Shown: positions 26,208 to 35,196, numbered from the stretch's first letter. The stretch is DNA of 64,000 nucleotides from Candidatus Xenobia bacterium (GCA_045863235.1 BTUM01000001.1:288001-352000), one strand, 5' to 3'. A program made the numbers and translations. The notes: generated from the letters alone by a model not told the origin.

Positions 26208-28670
26208 ATGCCATCTCAGCCACTGGAGAACCCGATCGAGGAGAGCCGGCCCAAGCGCCGCTCGAACCTGCAAGGGGGGGACAAACCGAACCGGAAGGCG
26301 CGTCGGCGCCCTAAGGCTCCGGGCGTCTCGGTCAGCTCCCCCTCGGTGGCCGCGCCCGCGGCCGGACTCGGCCTGTTGTTGGTGGGAGTACCTTTCCTGA
26401 CCGTCTGCCTGGCCGCTCCGCACGTGACCGGAGCCGTTGGCCTGGCCGTCTCGGCCACCCTGCACGCGGCTTTCGGCCGCTCGGCATGGCTCCTGCCCTG
26501 GCTGGGACTGGGCTGGAGCCTGCGTCTGGTCTCCCCAGGACTTCTCCAGGGCATGCAGGTGGGCTGGCCGGCGCTGCTGCTCTGGCTCGACCTCACCCTG
26601 CTGGCCCAGCGCATGGGGGGACAGGGGGGGCAGCTCGGTTACGGGCTCGACCTGCTGCTGGTGGGCGCCCTGGGACCGGCCGGCTCCTGGATCGTTGGGG
26701 GCGCCGGGCTGGCCGCGGGCCTGCTCATGGTCTGCCAGATTCCTCTCTCAGACGTGGGCCGAGTGCTGGCCGCGGGGGCGCGCCACGTGGGGCGGGCAAG
26801 CTGGAGGATGCTGCGCACGATGGGAGGCATGCTGGCCAGCCTCCACCCCGGACCCTGGGCCGAAGAGCCTTCCACCGAGGGCCAACCGGCCGTGGAGGTC
26901 TCCGAAGAAGCCCGCCCGCTGACCGTCTGGGAGACCACGCCGGGCTCCCCTGCCATCAGCGAGGAGGCCTATGAGACCGCGGTGGAGCCCAGCTTGCTCC
27001 CGGAGGAAGTCTTCAGTGACGAGGTCGATCTCGTCCCCTCGGAAGAGGCCAGCTATCATCCCGAGCCGTCCTTGAGTCACGAGCCGGAGCGATTGCCAGA
27101 GCCGACTGAGGAGGCTCCCCAGCCTTCCCTGGCCCCTTCTCCTCCGACCGCAGAAGACAAGCCGGCCCCCAGGCCGCCGCGCCCGGCACCCATTCAGAAC
27201 GGCGTTCTGGAAGACCCTGACGGCCAGCTGCGGCTGTTTCCGGGTCCGCCCCGCGTGCCGACGGCCACCTACAAACTGCCTCCCCTGTCTTTGCTCGACT
27301 CGCCCCCGGCCCAGGCCCGACGTCGTCCCGAGGAGGACAAGTCCCAGATCCTCATCGATACCCTGCAAAGCTTTGGCGTAGAAGCCCGCGTCATCCACAC
27401 GGTGCGCGGTCCGACCGTCACCCGCTACGAGCTGCAACCTGCCCGGGGCGTCAAGGTGAACCGCTTCACGGCCCTGACCAACGATATCGCGCTGGCCCTG
27501 GCCGCCACGGCGGTGCGCATCGAGGCCCCCATCCCGGGCAAGGCTGCCATCGGCATCGAGATCCCCAACCGCTCCACCGACCTGGTGGTGCTGCGCGACA
27601 TCCTGTCAGCCCAGGCCTTCAGCAAGTCCAACGGACTCACGCTGGGGCTCGGGCTCGATCTGACCGGACAGCCGGCCGTCACCGACCTGCAAAAGATGCC
27701 CCACCTGCTCGTCGCCGGCACCACCGGGTCGGGCAAGTCGGTCTGTATCAACACGCTCATTCTGAGCCTGCTCTATCGCTTCACCCCGCGCCAGTTGCAG
27801 ATGCTGATGATCGATCCCAAACAGGTCGAGTTGTCCATCTACGAGGGGCTGCCCCACCTGGTTGGCTTCTCCAACCAGAAACCGGGTCAGATCGTCGTCG
27901 ATCCCAAGAAGGCTGCCCTCACCCTCAACCAGGTGGTGGAGCTGATGGAGCAGCGCTACGCCACCTTCGCCGCCCTGCGGGTGCGCAACCTGGCCGAGTT
28001 CAACTCCAAGGCACCCGAGCCGCTGCCCTGGGTGGTGGTGATCATCGACGAGCTGGCCGACCTGATGATGGTGGCCTCCAAATCGGTCGAGACCAGCATC
28101 TGCCGGCTGGCCCAGAAGGCGCGAGCGGCCGGCATTCACGTGGTGGTGGCCACCCAGCGGCCGTCCACCGACGTGATCACCGGCCTGATCAAGGTCAACA
28201 TCCCCTCCCGCATCGCCTTCGCGGTCACCTCTCAGGTCGACTCGCGGGTCATCCTGGATACGGGTGGGGCCGAGCAACTGCTTGGCAAGGGCGATATGCT
28301 GTTCCTGCCGGTAGAGGCTTCCGACCCGCGCCGCCTGCAGGGCGCCTACGTCTCCAACGAGGAGATTCAAAGGGTGGTCGAGTTCTGGAAGGCCCAGGCC
28401 CACCCGGAGAACCTGATCGAGCTGGCCATCAACGAGAACGCCGGCCTGGAGGCCGAGGAAGAGGGCGGGGGGGACGAGGACGATGCTCTGCTGCAACAGG
28501 CCCTGGAAGTCGTGTTGCGCACCCAGCAGGCCTCCGCCTCCATGCTCCAGACCGAGTTGAAGGTGGGTTACGCACGCGCTCGACGCATTCTCACCTTGAT
28601 GGAGCGCAAAGGCTGGGTTGGCCCGGCCGAAGGCAGCAAGCCACGCAAGATTCTCTACAACGGCGGCTGA
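26208..28670 (+). CDS. ftsK: DNA translocase FtsK/SpoIIIE
   Basis: N-terminal TMs, Pro/Glu linker, PHLLVAGTTGSGKS, IDELADLMM, ATQRPS, gamma domain (VGYARA, GPAEGSKPR). Confidence 0.97.
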   Translation: MPSQPLENPIEESRPKRRSNLQGGDKPNRKARRRPKAPGVSVSSPSVAAPAAGLGLLLVGVPFLTVCLAAPHVTGAVGLAVSATLHAAFGRSAWLLPWLGLGWSLRLVSPGLLQGMQVGWPALLLWLDLTLLAQRMGGQGGQLGYGLDLLLVGALGPAGSWIVGGAGLAAGLLMVCQIPLSDVGRVLAAGARHVGRASWRMLRTMGGMLASLHPGPWAEEPSTEGQPAVEVSEEARPLTVWETTPGSPAISEEAYETAVEPSLLPEEVFSDEVDLVPSEEASYHPEPSLSHEPERLPEPTEEAPQPSLAPSPPTAEDKPAPRPPRPAPIQNGVLEDPDGQLRLFPGPPRVPTATYKLPPLSLLDSPPAQARRRPEEDKSQILIDTLQSFGVEARVIHTVRGPTVTRYELQPARGVKVNRFTALTNDIALALAATAVRIEAPIPGKAAIGIEIPNRSTDLVVLRDILSAQAFSKSNGLTLGLGLDLTGQPAVTDLQKMPHLLVAGTTGSGKSVCINTLILSLLYRFTPRQLQMLMIDPKQVELSIYEGLPHLVGFSNQKPGQIVVDPKKAALTLNQVVELMEQRYATFAALRVRNLAEFNSKAPEPLPWVVVIIDELADLMMVASKSVETSICRLAQKARAAGIHVVVATQRPSTDVITGLIKVNIPSRIAFAVTSQVDSRVILDTGGAEQLLGKGDMLFLPVEASDPRRLQGAYVSNEEIQRVVEFWKAQAHPENLIELAINENAGLEAEEEGGGDEDDALLQQALEVVLRTQQASASMLQTELKVGYARARRILTLMERKGWVGPAEGSKPRKILYNGG

Positions 28671-28733
28671 CAGGAATCCCGCCCAGGTTGGGGAACTCGC
28701 CCTCCTCATGTTGTCCTGAGTGAGGTATTCGCA

Positions 28734-29945
28734 ATGAATCGTTCTTTTCGATCCGTTCTGGTGGCCGCAGCCCTGTGTCTGACACTGCACAGCCCTTCCT
28801 GGGCCCAACCTGCGGTGGCGAAGGTGGTCGAGATCGATGGTCCCAAAATGACCTACGAGCGCAAGTCGGCCACCGCCCTGGCCTTTCCCTTCATGAACAC
28901 GATGGTGAAGGATGAATACCAGACCGACGCCTCCACCGTGGCGGCTCTCGAGTTTGTCACCGGAGGCCGGGTGGGCATCAACAAAGGCACCCGCATCGAG
29001 ATCGTCAGCGAAAGCGAGATCAAAGAGGAAGGCAAGCCCGTTGTCAAGCGGATCAAGATCAAGGGCGGACGGGTCTGGGCCAAGATGTCCAAGCGCAAGG
29101 AACCGCTCGAGATCGAGACGGCAGGCGGGGTCATGGGCATCAAGGGCACCGAATTCGTGATCGCCACAGAAGAGAACGGGGCCACCAGCCTGAACGTGCT
29201 GGAGGGCGAGGTGGAGGTGACCCCGGTCGGTGGGGGAGCTCCCATCTCGGCGAAAGCGGGCACCAAGGTAGACATTCCCTACCAGCAGATTCCAGTGGTC
29301 AAGCAATATGACGACCCGGAGGCTCTGCGCGAGGAGATCCTCAATTCCGGCGAGTGGCAGGACTTTCAAAAGGCCATGGATATCGTGCGCACCATCTCGA
29401 GCTACAGCTACATCCCGGGCAACATCGGCCTGGGCACCGCCGGGGAGGCCTTCTACTATGCCGGCACAGTCAGCGATTTCATCTCCAACCCCGAGCAGGC
29501 AGCGCTCGATCTGGCCGCCAGTTACGTGCCGGGCGGTGGCTACCTGGGTTACATCCCCCGCAACTCGGGACCCAAGAAGCCCGACTTTCCAACCAACCCG
29601 ATGCCGGCCAACAGCATGTCTGTTTCCGGCCCGCCCAGCTTCAGCTGGACCCAGGTCGACAAGGCCAAAGGCTATCTTCTGCTGCTCAGCCGAGAAGAGC
29701 AGATGAGCAACCTGGACTGGGCCACCAAGACCACCAGCACCAGCGTGAGCTATCCTACCGAAGGCGCGCCTCTGCCGGCCGGAACCTACTACTGGCGAGT
29801 CATGGGACTCGACGACGAAGGCAAGCCCATGGGGAAGGCTACCCAGAGCGTTTTCGTGACCGAAGGTTGGGGAGCCCCCCCGGCTCCCGACCCTGCCACC
29901 CCGCCCGTGCCCGATCCGTCCACCACGCCCGCTCCCACGCCTTGA
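28734..29945 (+). CDS. Secreted FecR-domain protein with C-terminal Ig/Fn3-like domain and Pro-rich tail
   Basis: Signal peptide (SWA-Q), FecR-type IET..GVMGIKGTEF...VLEGEVEV, and FSW...GTYYWRV. Confidence 0.8.
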   Translation: MNRSFRSVLVAAALCLTLHSPSWAQPAVAKVVEIDGPKMTYERKSATALAFPFMNTMVKDEYQTDASTVAALEFVTGGRVGINKGTRIEIVSESEIKEEGKPVVKRIKIKGGRVWAKMSKRKEPLEIETAGGVMGIKGTEFVIATEENGATSLNVLEGEVEVTPVGGGAPISAKAGTKVDIPYQQIPVVKQYDDPEALREEILNSGEWQDFQKAMDIVRTISSYSYIPGNIGLGTAGEAFYYAGTVSDFISNPEQAALDLAASYVPGGGYLGYIPRNSGPKKPDFPTNPMPANSMSVSGPPSFSWTQVDKAKGYLLLLSREEQMSNLDWATKTTSTSVSYPTEGAPLPAGTYYWRVMGLDDEGKPMGKATQSVFVTEGWGAPPAPDPATPPVPDPSTTPAPTP

Positions 29946-29958
29946 ACCTCGCCGCGCG

Positions 29959-31830
29959 ATGCTGAGTCGGCCCACCCTGGTTCTGGGTTGTGTCCTGCTC
30001 GGCGTCGCGCTTTCGTTTTTGCCCTGGCTGGACCGGTTGGAGCTATCCCTTTACGACTTCAGAATCGAGTTCATGCAGGAAGAGATGCGGAAGGTGGGGC
30101 TGCGCCTTCATCCCGCAATCCAGCTGGTGGGGATCGATGATGCGACCGTCCAGCTCGATCTCTATCCGCACTGGAGCCTCACCAAAGGGGAGCGATGGGG
30201 ACCCGACCAGCTGGCCCGCGTGATGGCCCAACTCTCCGGCCGTGGTGCCAGGGGCATTCTCTATCTTCAAGCCGAGCCCGACCGCTCGGTCAAGGAGAGC
30301 AAGGAACGCTGGCGCTTGCCGAATGCTCTGCACATGGTGCAGGAGGGAACCGGGCTTTTATCCCGAGGATTGCGCCTGCGCCAGCAAGATGGCAGTTATC
30401 TGAGCGACTGGCGGGAGCGACTCGCGGGCGATCCGATCCCGGCCTGCTCGGTCGACTTCCTGGCCGATCAGGACGGGGTGGTGCGGCAGGCCTACCTGGC
30501 AACTCGTCTGCCGGCGACCGCTCGCCCCGTTCCATCGGGTGCCCTGCTCCTCCTGGCCAGGCTGCTCGACGTTCAGCCCGAGGACATCCAGTACGGCCCC
30601 GATTGGATCCAGGTCGGTCCTCGCCTGATTCCAACTACACCGGACTACGCTCTCCGGATCCGTCCCCTCAGCCCGCGCAGCCTCAGCCTTGAAGAGCTCA
30701 AGGAACACGAGCTCGAGGGAATTCGGGTCGAATATCTCGCTCCGGTGTCAGCCGCCCGCTTGCTCGACCTCGAAGATCCCCTCTACCAGCTCATCTCCGG
30801 GCGCATCGTCGTGATGGGGAACTTCCAGCATGATGCGACCGAGCAGGTCATGACCTCCTACCACCGGATGAAAGTGATCCAGTTTCAGGCCTGCGTGCTC
30901 GACACTCTGTTGTCGGAATGGTACCTCCAGTCTCCTCCGCATTGGGTTCAAAGTGTCTTCCTGGTTGCCGGCACCTTTCTGATCGTTGCCCTGGCAGCGC
31001 TTCGTCGACCCTTGTTCGCCTTGCTGACGGTCACAGCGGGAATCATCCTGCTGCTAGCAGTCAACCTGGTCGCCTTCGAACAAGGCACCTACCTCAACCT
31101 GGCCCGCCCTCTGGTGGCTCTGATCGCCTCCTCGCTTGCCCTGGTGGCCCTGCAGTTGGTAACACTCATGCGCAGCCTGCGAAAATTCGGGGGCAAGAGC
31201 GCCTTCGAAGCAGCCAGAAGCCTGGATGAGTCGGGGTTGAACGTGATCCGAGAGCAAGTGGCCACGATCGTCTTCTGCAACGTGCCCGAACTGGTCAGGA
31301 ATCTGGAGAAGGCCGACTCAACTGACTACTTTCGGCGGCGCCAGGAGTTCTCGATGCTGCTCAATGATGTAGCCGTCGAGAACCGAGGCATGGTTCTGGA
31401 CTTTCAGGGAGACGCACCGATGATCGGGTTCAACGCCGAACTGGAACGAGCCGATCCTCAGCACGCCTACCACGCCGTACGGGCCTGTCTGGAAATTGTC
31501 GCCATGCGAGACAAGCTTCGCCACCTGTGGTGGGATATCGACGACGACGAGACCCTTACAATCCGATGTGGAGTGGCCACCGGGCCGGTTGCCATCGGTC
31601 AAGTCGGGGCCCGCTCCAGCAAACTGGCCTCGGCAGCTATCGGCGACACCACCAACGTGGCTGCCCGACTGCTCGGGGCCGCCAGGCGCCTGAACGTGGA
31701 GGTTCTGGTAGCTGAGGAAACCCGCAACCTTTGCCAAAATCGATTCCACTTCGAGGACCTGCCTCCCGTCGTCCTGAAAGGCAAAACCAAACCGGTTCCC
31801 GTAGCCCGGGTCAGATTGTCAGAGCTGTGA
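29959..31830 (+). CDS. CHASE2-domain class III nucleotide cyclase (C2-like half)
   Basis: CHASE2 motifs (LVGIDD, DQDGVVR), 3 TMs, cyclase domain with FQGDA, RCGVATG, GDTTNVAARL and LKGK. First metal Asp replaced (FCNV). Confidence 0.88.
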   Translation: MLSRPTLVLGCVLLGVALSFLPWLDRLELSLYDFRIEFMQEEMRKVGLRLHPAIQLVGIDDATVQLDLYPHWSLTKGERWGPDQLARVMAQLSGRGARGILYLQAEPDRSVKESKERWRLPNALHMVQEGTGLLSRGLRLRQQDGSYLSDWRERLAGDPIPACSVDFLADQDGVVRQAYLATRLPATARPVPSGALLLLARLLDVQPEDIQYGPDWIQVGPRLIPTTPDYALRIRPLSPRSLSLEELKEHELEGIRVEYLAPVSAARLLDLEDPLYQLISGRIVVMGNFQHDATEQVMTSYHRMKVIQFQACVLDTLLSEWYLQSPPHWVQSVFLVAGTFLIVALAALRRPLFALLTVTAGIILLLAVNLVAFEQGTYLNLARPLVALIASSLALVALQLVTLMRSLRKFGGKSAFEAARSLDESGLNVIREQVATIVFCNVPELVRNLEKADSTDYFRRRQEFSMLLNDVAVENRGMVLDFQGDAPMIGFNAELERADPQHAYHAVRACLEIVAMRDKLRHLWWDIDDDETLTIRCGVATGPVAIGQVGARSSKLASAAIGDTTNVAARLLGAARRLNVEVLVAEETRNLCQNRFHFEDLPPVVLKGKTKPVPVARVRLSEL

Positions 31831-33716
31831 GAAGCTCGCGCCTCTACCGCACCTTCCTGCCTTTCCTCCTGGCCCTGCTCGGCTGGCTGGCCCGGATCTC
31901 CATGGAGGGGGCTCTCTCCCCTCTGGAAGCCTACCCGTATGATACAGCCCTGAAATACCTGATCCAACAGGAACAGGGAGCGAAGATCATCCTGGCCGGG
32001 ATTGACGACGAGACGCACCGGCAAGGCAAGTTCAACCGTCTGGCCCACGCTCAATTCTTGATCAACATGCGCGAGCATGGAGCCCGCGTGGTCTTCCTCG
32101 ATCTCTTGTTTGACAACCCCCGCGACGAGGAGATGGATGCTGCACTGACCGAGGCCGTCAACGAGACGGGTCTGGCCGTGCTGGCCTGTGCCCTCGGACT
32201 CCAGACGGTCAAAACCGAAACAGGAGATTCGAAGATCAATCAGCGAGGCACCCTGATCGAAAGCCTGGAGGAAAGCCTTGCGGCAGGCCGCGCTCTTCCC
32301 GGGCTGATCAACTGTTACAACGACCCGACCGACCAGAAAATCCGTACCGCCGCGCTGGCCATCCAGTCTCCTGACCTCGACCGCCCCTGGCCGGCGGCCG
32401 CCCTGGCAATCTATGCCCGACTCCATCAACTCAACCTGCATGACATCAAGTATGACGCCGTCAACCACGTCATCCTGGCCCCACCGGCCAGCATTCCTGT
32501 GTCAGTCCACGACACCGAGGATTCTACCCGCTACATGCTGCCCATCTACTACCTTCCCCGGGCGACAGGTCCGGATCTGAGTCCTTCCCGGCGCGCGATG
32601 CCTGTTATCCCCTACCACGAGTTGATCGACCCCGATAGCCCGACCCTGAAGGCGGTCAAAGACGCCGTCGTGATCGTGGGGGACAACACCGATGGCGACA
32701 CAGACCTCTATCCGACGCCGGTAGGACCGATGAAAGGGTTCGAAATCCATGCTCAAATTCTGAATACCCTTCTGACCGGCCCGTACGCGCGACCTCTTCC
32801 TGACTGGGTCCAGGGTCTGGTAAGCTACCTTCTCAATCTCGCCATTGCTATGGCCATCTTGCGCTCTCGCTCCAAGTGGACCGCCATGTTCTCGGCCGTG
32901 GCCCTGCTCGGGGTGCTGCTGGGAGTCTACGGGGCGCTCTTCCGTCTCGGCTGGCAGACCGGCATCGCCGGCACCATCGGAGGCTACCTGACCACCCTGA
33001 TGCTGGCCACCACCGCTCGTCTTCTCCTGACGGCACAGGTGCTTCAAAGATTCATTCCGCCGGAAGTGGTCAGCGCCGTGATGGCCGCCGGCAGCGCCAA
33101 GCCCAGGAACGAGATCGCCACGATTATCGTGACCGATATCCGGGGATACACCACCTTGTCTGAGAGCAGGACTCCGGTCCAAATTCTCAAGTTGCTCAAT
33201 GAGTATCACAGCGTCACGGTGGCCATCTACGAGAAACACGGCGGCCGGGCCCTCACCTACCAGGGAGACGCCCAGATCATCGCCTTTCTCCAAAGGAAAG
33301 GACGCAATCAAACCGCCGCCGCCATTCGGGCGGCCTACGAGATGCAGAAGGCTGTCGATATCCTCCGGGAGCGTTGGGGAATCTTCAACCAATCCGAATT
33401 CGATGTGGGTGCGGCGGTTTGCACCGGACCTCTCACCATCGGAGAGATCGGCACGACCGGCTCAGGCCGAGCTGAGTACACCGTCATCGGCGAAACCGTC
33501 AGGTTGGCTCATAAGATCCAATCATTGAGCCAGGTACTCCGCTGCAATGTGTTGATGGACGAGGCCAGTTTCCACGCCTCCAAGCTCTCAATGCACGCCG
33601 AGGAGTTCAAGAATCGCCAGCTTGAGGGTGTGGAGATTCCGGTTACCCTTTACGGGCTCCGTTCGCTGGTCGTTCCGGGAAAGAAGAGTGGGGTCAGACT
33701 GGGTTTGGAGCGTTAG
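31827..33716 (+). CDS. CHASE2-domain class III nucleotide cyclase (C1-like half)
   Basis: CHASE2 motifs (LAGIDD, FLDLLF, TPVGPMKGFEIHAQ), 3 TMs, TDIRGYT, YQGDA and EYTVIGETVRLAHKI. GTGA overlap with the upstream gene. Confidence 0.9.
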   Translation: MRSSRLYRTFLPFLLALLGWLARISMEGALSPLEAYPYDTALKYLIQQEQGAKIILAGIDDETHRQGKFNRLAHAQFLINMREHGARVVFLDLLFDNPRDEEMDAALTEAVNETGLAVLACALGLQTVKTETGDSKINQRGTLIESLEESLAAGRALPGLINCYNDPTDQKIRTAALAIQSPDLDRPWPAAALAIYARLHQLNLHDIKYDAVNHVILAPPASIPVSVHDTEDSTRYMLPIYYLPRATGPDLSPSRRAMPVIPYHELIDPDSPTLKAVKDAVVIVGDNTDGDTDLYPTPVGPMKGFEIHAQILNTLLTGPYARPLPDWVQGLVSYLLNLAIAMAILRSRSKWTAMFSAVALLGVLLGVYGALFRLGWQTGIAGTIGGYLTTLMLATTARLLLTAQVLQRFIPPEVVSAVMAAGSAKPRNEIATIIVTDIRGYTTLSESRTPVQILKLLNEYHSVTVAIYEKHGGRALTYQGDAQIIAFLQRKGRNQTAAAIRAAYEMQKAVDILRERWGIFNQSEFDVGAAVCTGPLTIGEIGTTGSGRAEYTVIGETVRLAHKIQSLSQVLRCNVLMDEASFHASKLSMHAEEFKNRQLEGVEIPVTLYGLRSLVVPGKKSGVRLGLER

Positions 33717-33743
33717 CCTGGCGGCACGCTCCGAAGAGGCCGA

Positions 33744-33786
33744 ACCCCGGGCGGAGGAGTGGGGAGGATTCTCCTCCACCCGGGGT
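33744..33786. terminator. Hairpin between convergent genes, probable terminator
   Basis: ACCCCGGGCGGAGGAG and CTCCTCCACCCGGGGT form a 16-bp stem with one mismatch (G-U on the minus strand). Confidence 0.6.
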
Positions 33787-33929
33787 CAGTTCTCAGGCGC
33801 GTCATACGCGCTTTATGGGGCCCGCCAGCCAGCCGCCAGGGGGGAGACGGCCAAGCTTGAGCGGTCAGCCCGCGCTGCGGCGCGGACCCGGGCCTGGGCG
33901 AGGCGCTGGAAGGAGACTCAGCGCCAGGC

Positions 33930-34172
33930 TCAGACCTTGCCGAGCATCCAGAGACTGCTCAGCATCAGTGCCAGGGAGAGCCCGAAGCAGGCCCCCTCTC
34001 TGAGCTCGGTGCAGCGAGCCAGGCGGCCCATCTGATTGAGCAGGCGGCGGAAGGCCCGCTCGAAGCGGCGACGCCGGCGGCGGTCATGACTACGCGGCAT
34101 CATCCAGGTCTGAGGGCGGCGAGGGGTGACGGGTTTCCAGGGCAGGTCCAGGGGGATGGTCTGGGTACTCAT
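33930..34172 (-). CDS. Small basic protein with C-terminal hydrophobic segment
   Basis: 80 aa; GGAGG RBS; Arg-rich stretch followed by a TM-like tail. Confidence 0.55.
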   Translation of the reverse strand: MSTQTIPLDLPWKPVTPRRPQTWMMPRSHDRRRRRRFERAFRRLLNQMGRLARCTELREGACFGLSLALMLSSLWMLGKV

Positions 34173-34247
34173 TGCGGTCTTGTTCCTCCAAGATCGTTCT
34201 TTTTGTGTGTGTTCCCAGGGCGGTCTCAGGCACGTTTTCAGACGGTT

Positions 34248-34454
34248 TCAGACGGTTTCGGCGGTCGAAGCAGACGGATGCGGGAAGGACTCCAGCACCG
34301 TGCTGCCAGGAAAGATCTCGAGTGCTCGCATTACGAACTCGGCGTGTGGAGTGCGCCGACGAGCAGTGCGCGAACGCTGGGGAGTCGCTGTGCGCCAGTC
34401 TCCCTGGGGCACAGTAGTGGTCTTTTGGGCAAAAGAAGGCTTAAGAGGTGACAT
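34248..34454 (-). CDS. Possible small protein downstream of lexA
   Basis: GGAGG lies 9 nt before ATG 34454; 68 aa; starts 44 bp after the lexA stop. Confidence 0.4.
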   Translation of the reverse strand: MSPLKPSFAQKTTTVPQGDWRTATPQRSRTARRRTPHAEFVMRALEIFPGSTVLESFPHPSASTAETV

Positions 34455-34497
34455 TGGCTTCATCCTCCGAGGAAAAATCTGAAGGGAATTCGCAGCT

Positions 34498-35124
34498 CTA
34501 GAGGTATTTTCGGATCAGAGCGGTGACCCGACCGAGGAGTTGGAGCGGTTGGCTCTCGGTCACGACGATGTCGGCAAAGTCGGGGTTGTCCGAGCGCAAA
34601 ATTACGCGCTCTTTCTCGCGCCAGAAACGCTTCACGGTAGCCTCATCATCGATCAGCGCGACCACGATCTCTCCCTGCTGAGCGGTTGGGCGCTTCTCGA
34701 CCAGCACCAGGTCGCCCGGTTGGATGGCCTCTGCCATACTGCGGCCACGCACCCGCAGCAGAAAGCTCTCTCCGCTGACGCCCAGCCAGTCGCTCCGAAT
34801 CGGCAGACGATCCTCCACATTCTCAACGGCGGTGATAGGCAAACCGGCCGCCACCTCCCCCAGGAGAGGGACCATCTGGACCTCGTCCTGGCCGGGTTGG
34901 CCTTCGAGCAAGTGGGGGGTAATCTGGATGGCCCGCGCCTTGGAGTCGCGCCGAATGAACCCCTTCCTTTCGAGCGCCTCCAGGTGCCGCTGCACACCCT
35001 GAGTGGAGTTGAGGTTGAAGTGAGCCGAGATCTCCCGAATCGACGGGGCGTAGCCGCGCTCACGCACCGTCTCGATCAAGAAATTCAGGACCTCGTCTTG
35101 TCGCGCCGTAATCTCTCGGGTCAT
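34498..35124 (-). CDS. lexA: SOS repressor LexA
   Basis: TARQ..L, GYAPSIREI wHTH, VAAG cleavage site, LRVRGRSM (Ser) and ATVKRF (Lys). ATG 35124 with GGAGG RBS. Confidence 0.97.
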   Translation of the reverse strand: MTREITARQDEVLNFLIETVRERGYAPSIREISAHFNLNSTQGVQRHLEALERKGFIRRDSKARAIQITPHLLEGQPGQDEVQMVPLLGEVAAGLPITAVENVEDRLPIRSDWLGVSGESFLLRVRGRSMAEAIQPGDLVLVEKRPTAQQGEIVVALIDDEATVKRFWREKERVILRSDNPDFADIVVTESQPLQLLGRVTALIRKYL

Positions 35125-35139
35125 TTTCGCCTCCAGATA

Positions 35140-35196
35140 GTGGACATTTGTCCACCTTCTGAAAATCATTCTAGTGGACAGGCGTTCACCTGTCAA
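35140..35196 (-). promoter_or_regulatory. lexA promoter with two putative LexA operators
   Basis: TTGACA (35196-35191)-17 bp-TAGAAT (35173-35168). Palindromes GTGGACATTTGTCCAC (35140-35155) and GTGGACAGGCGTTCAC (35174-35189). Confidence 0.85.
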
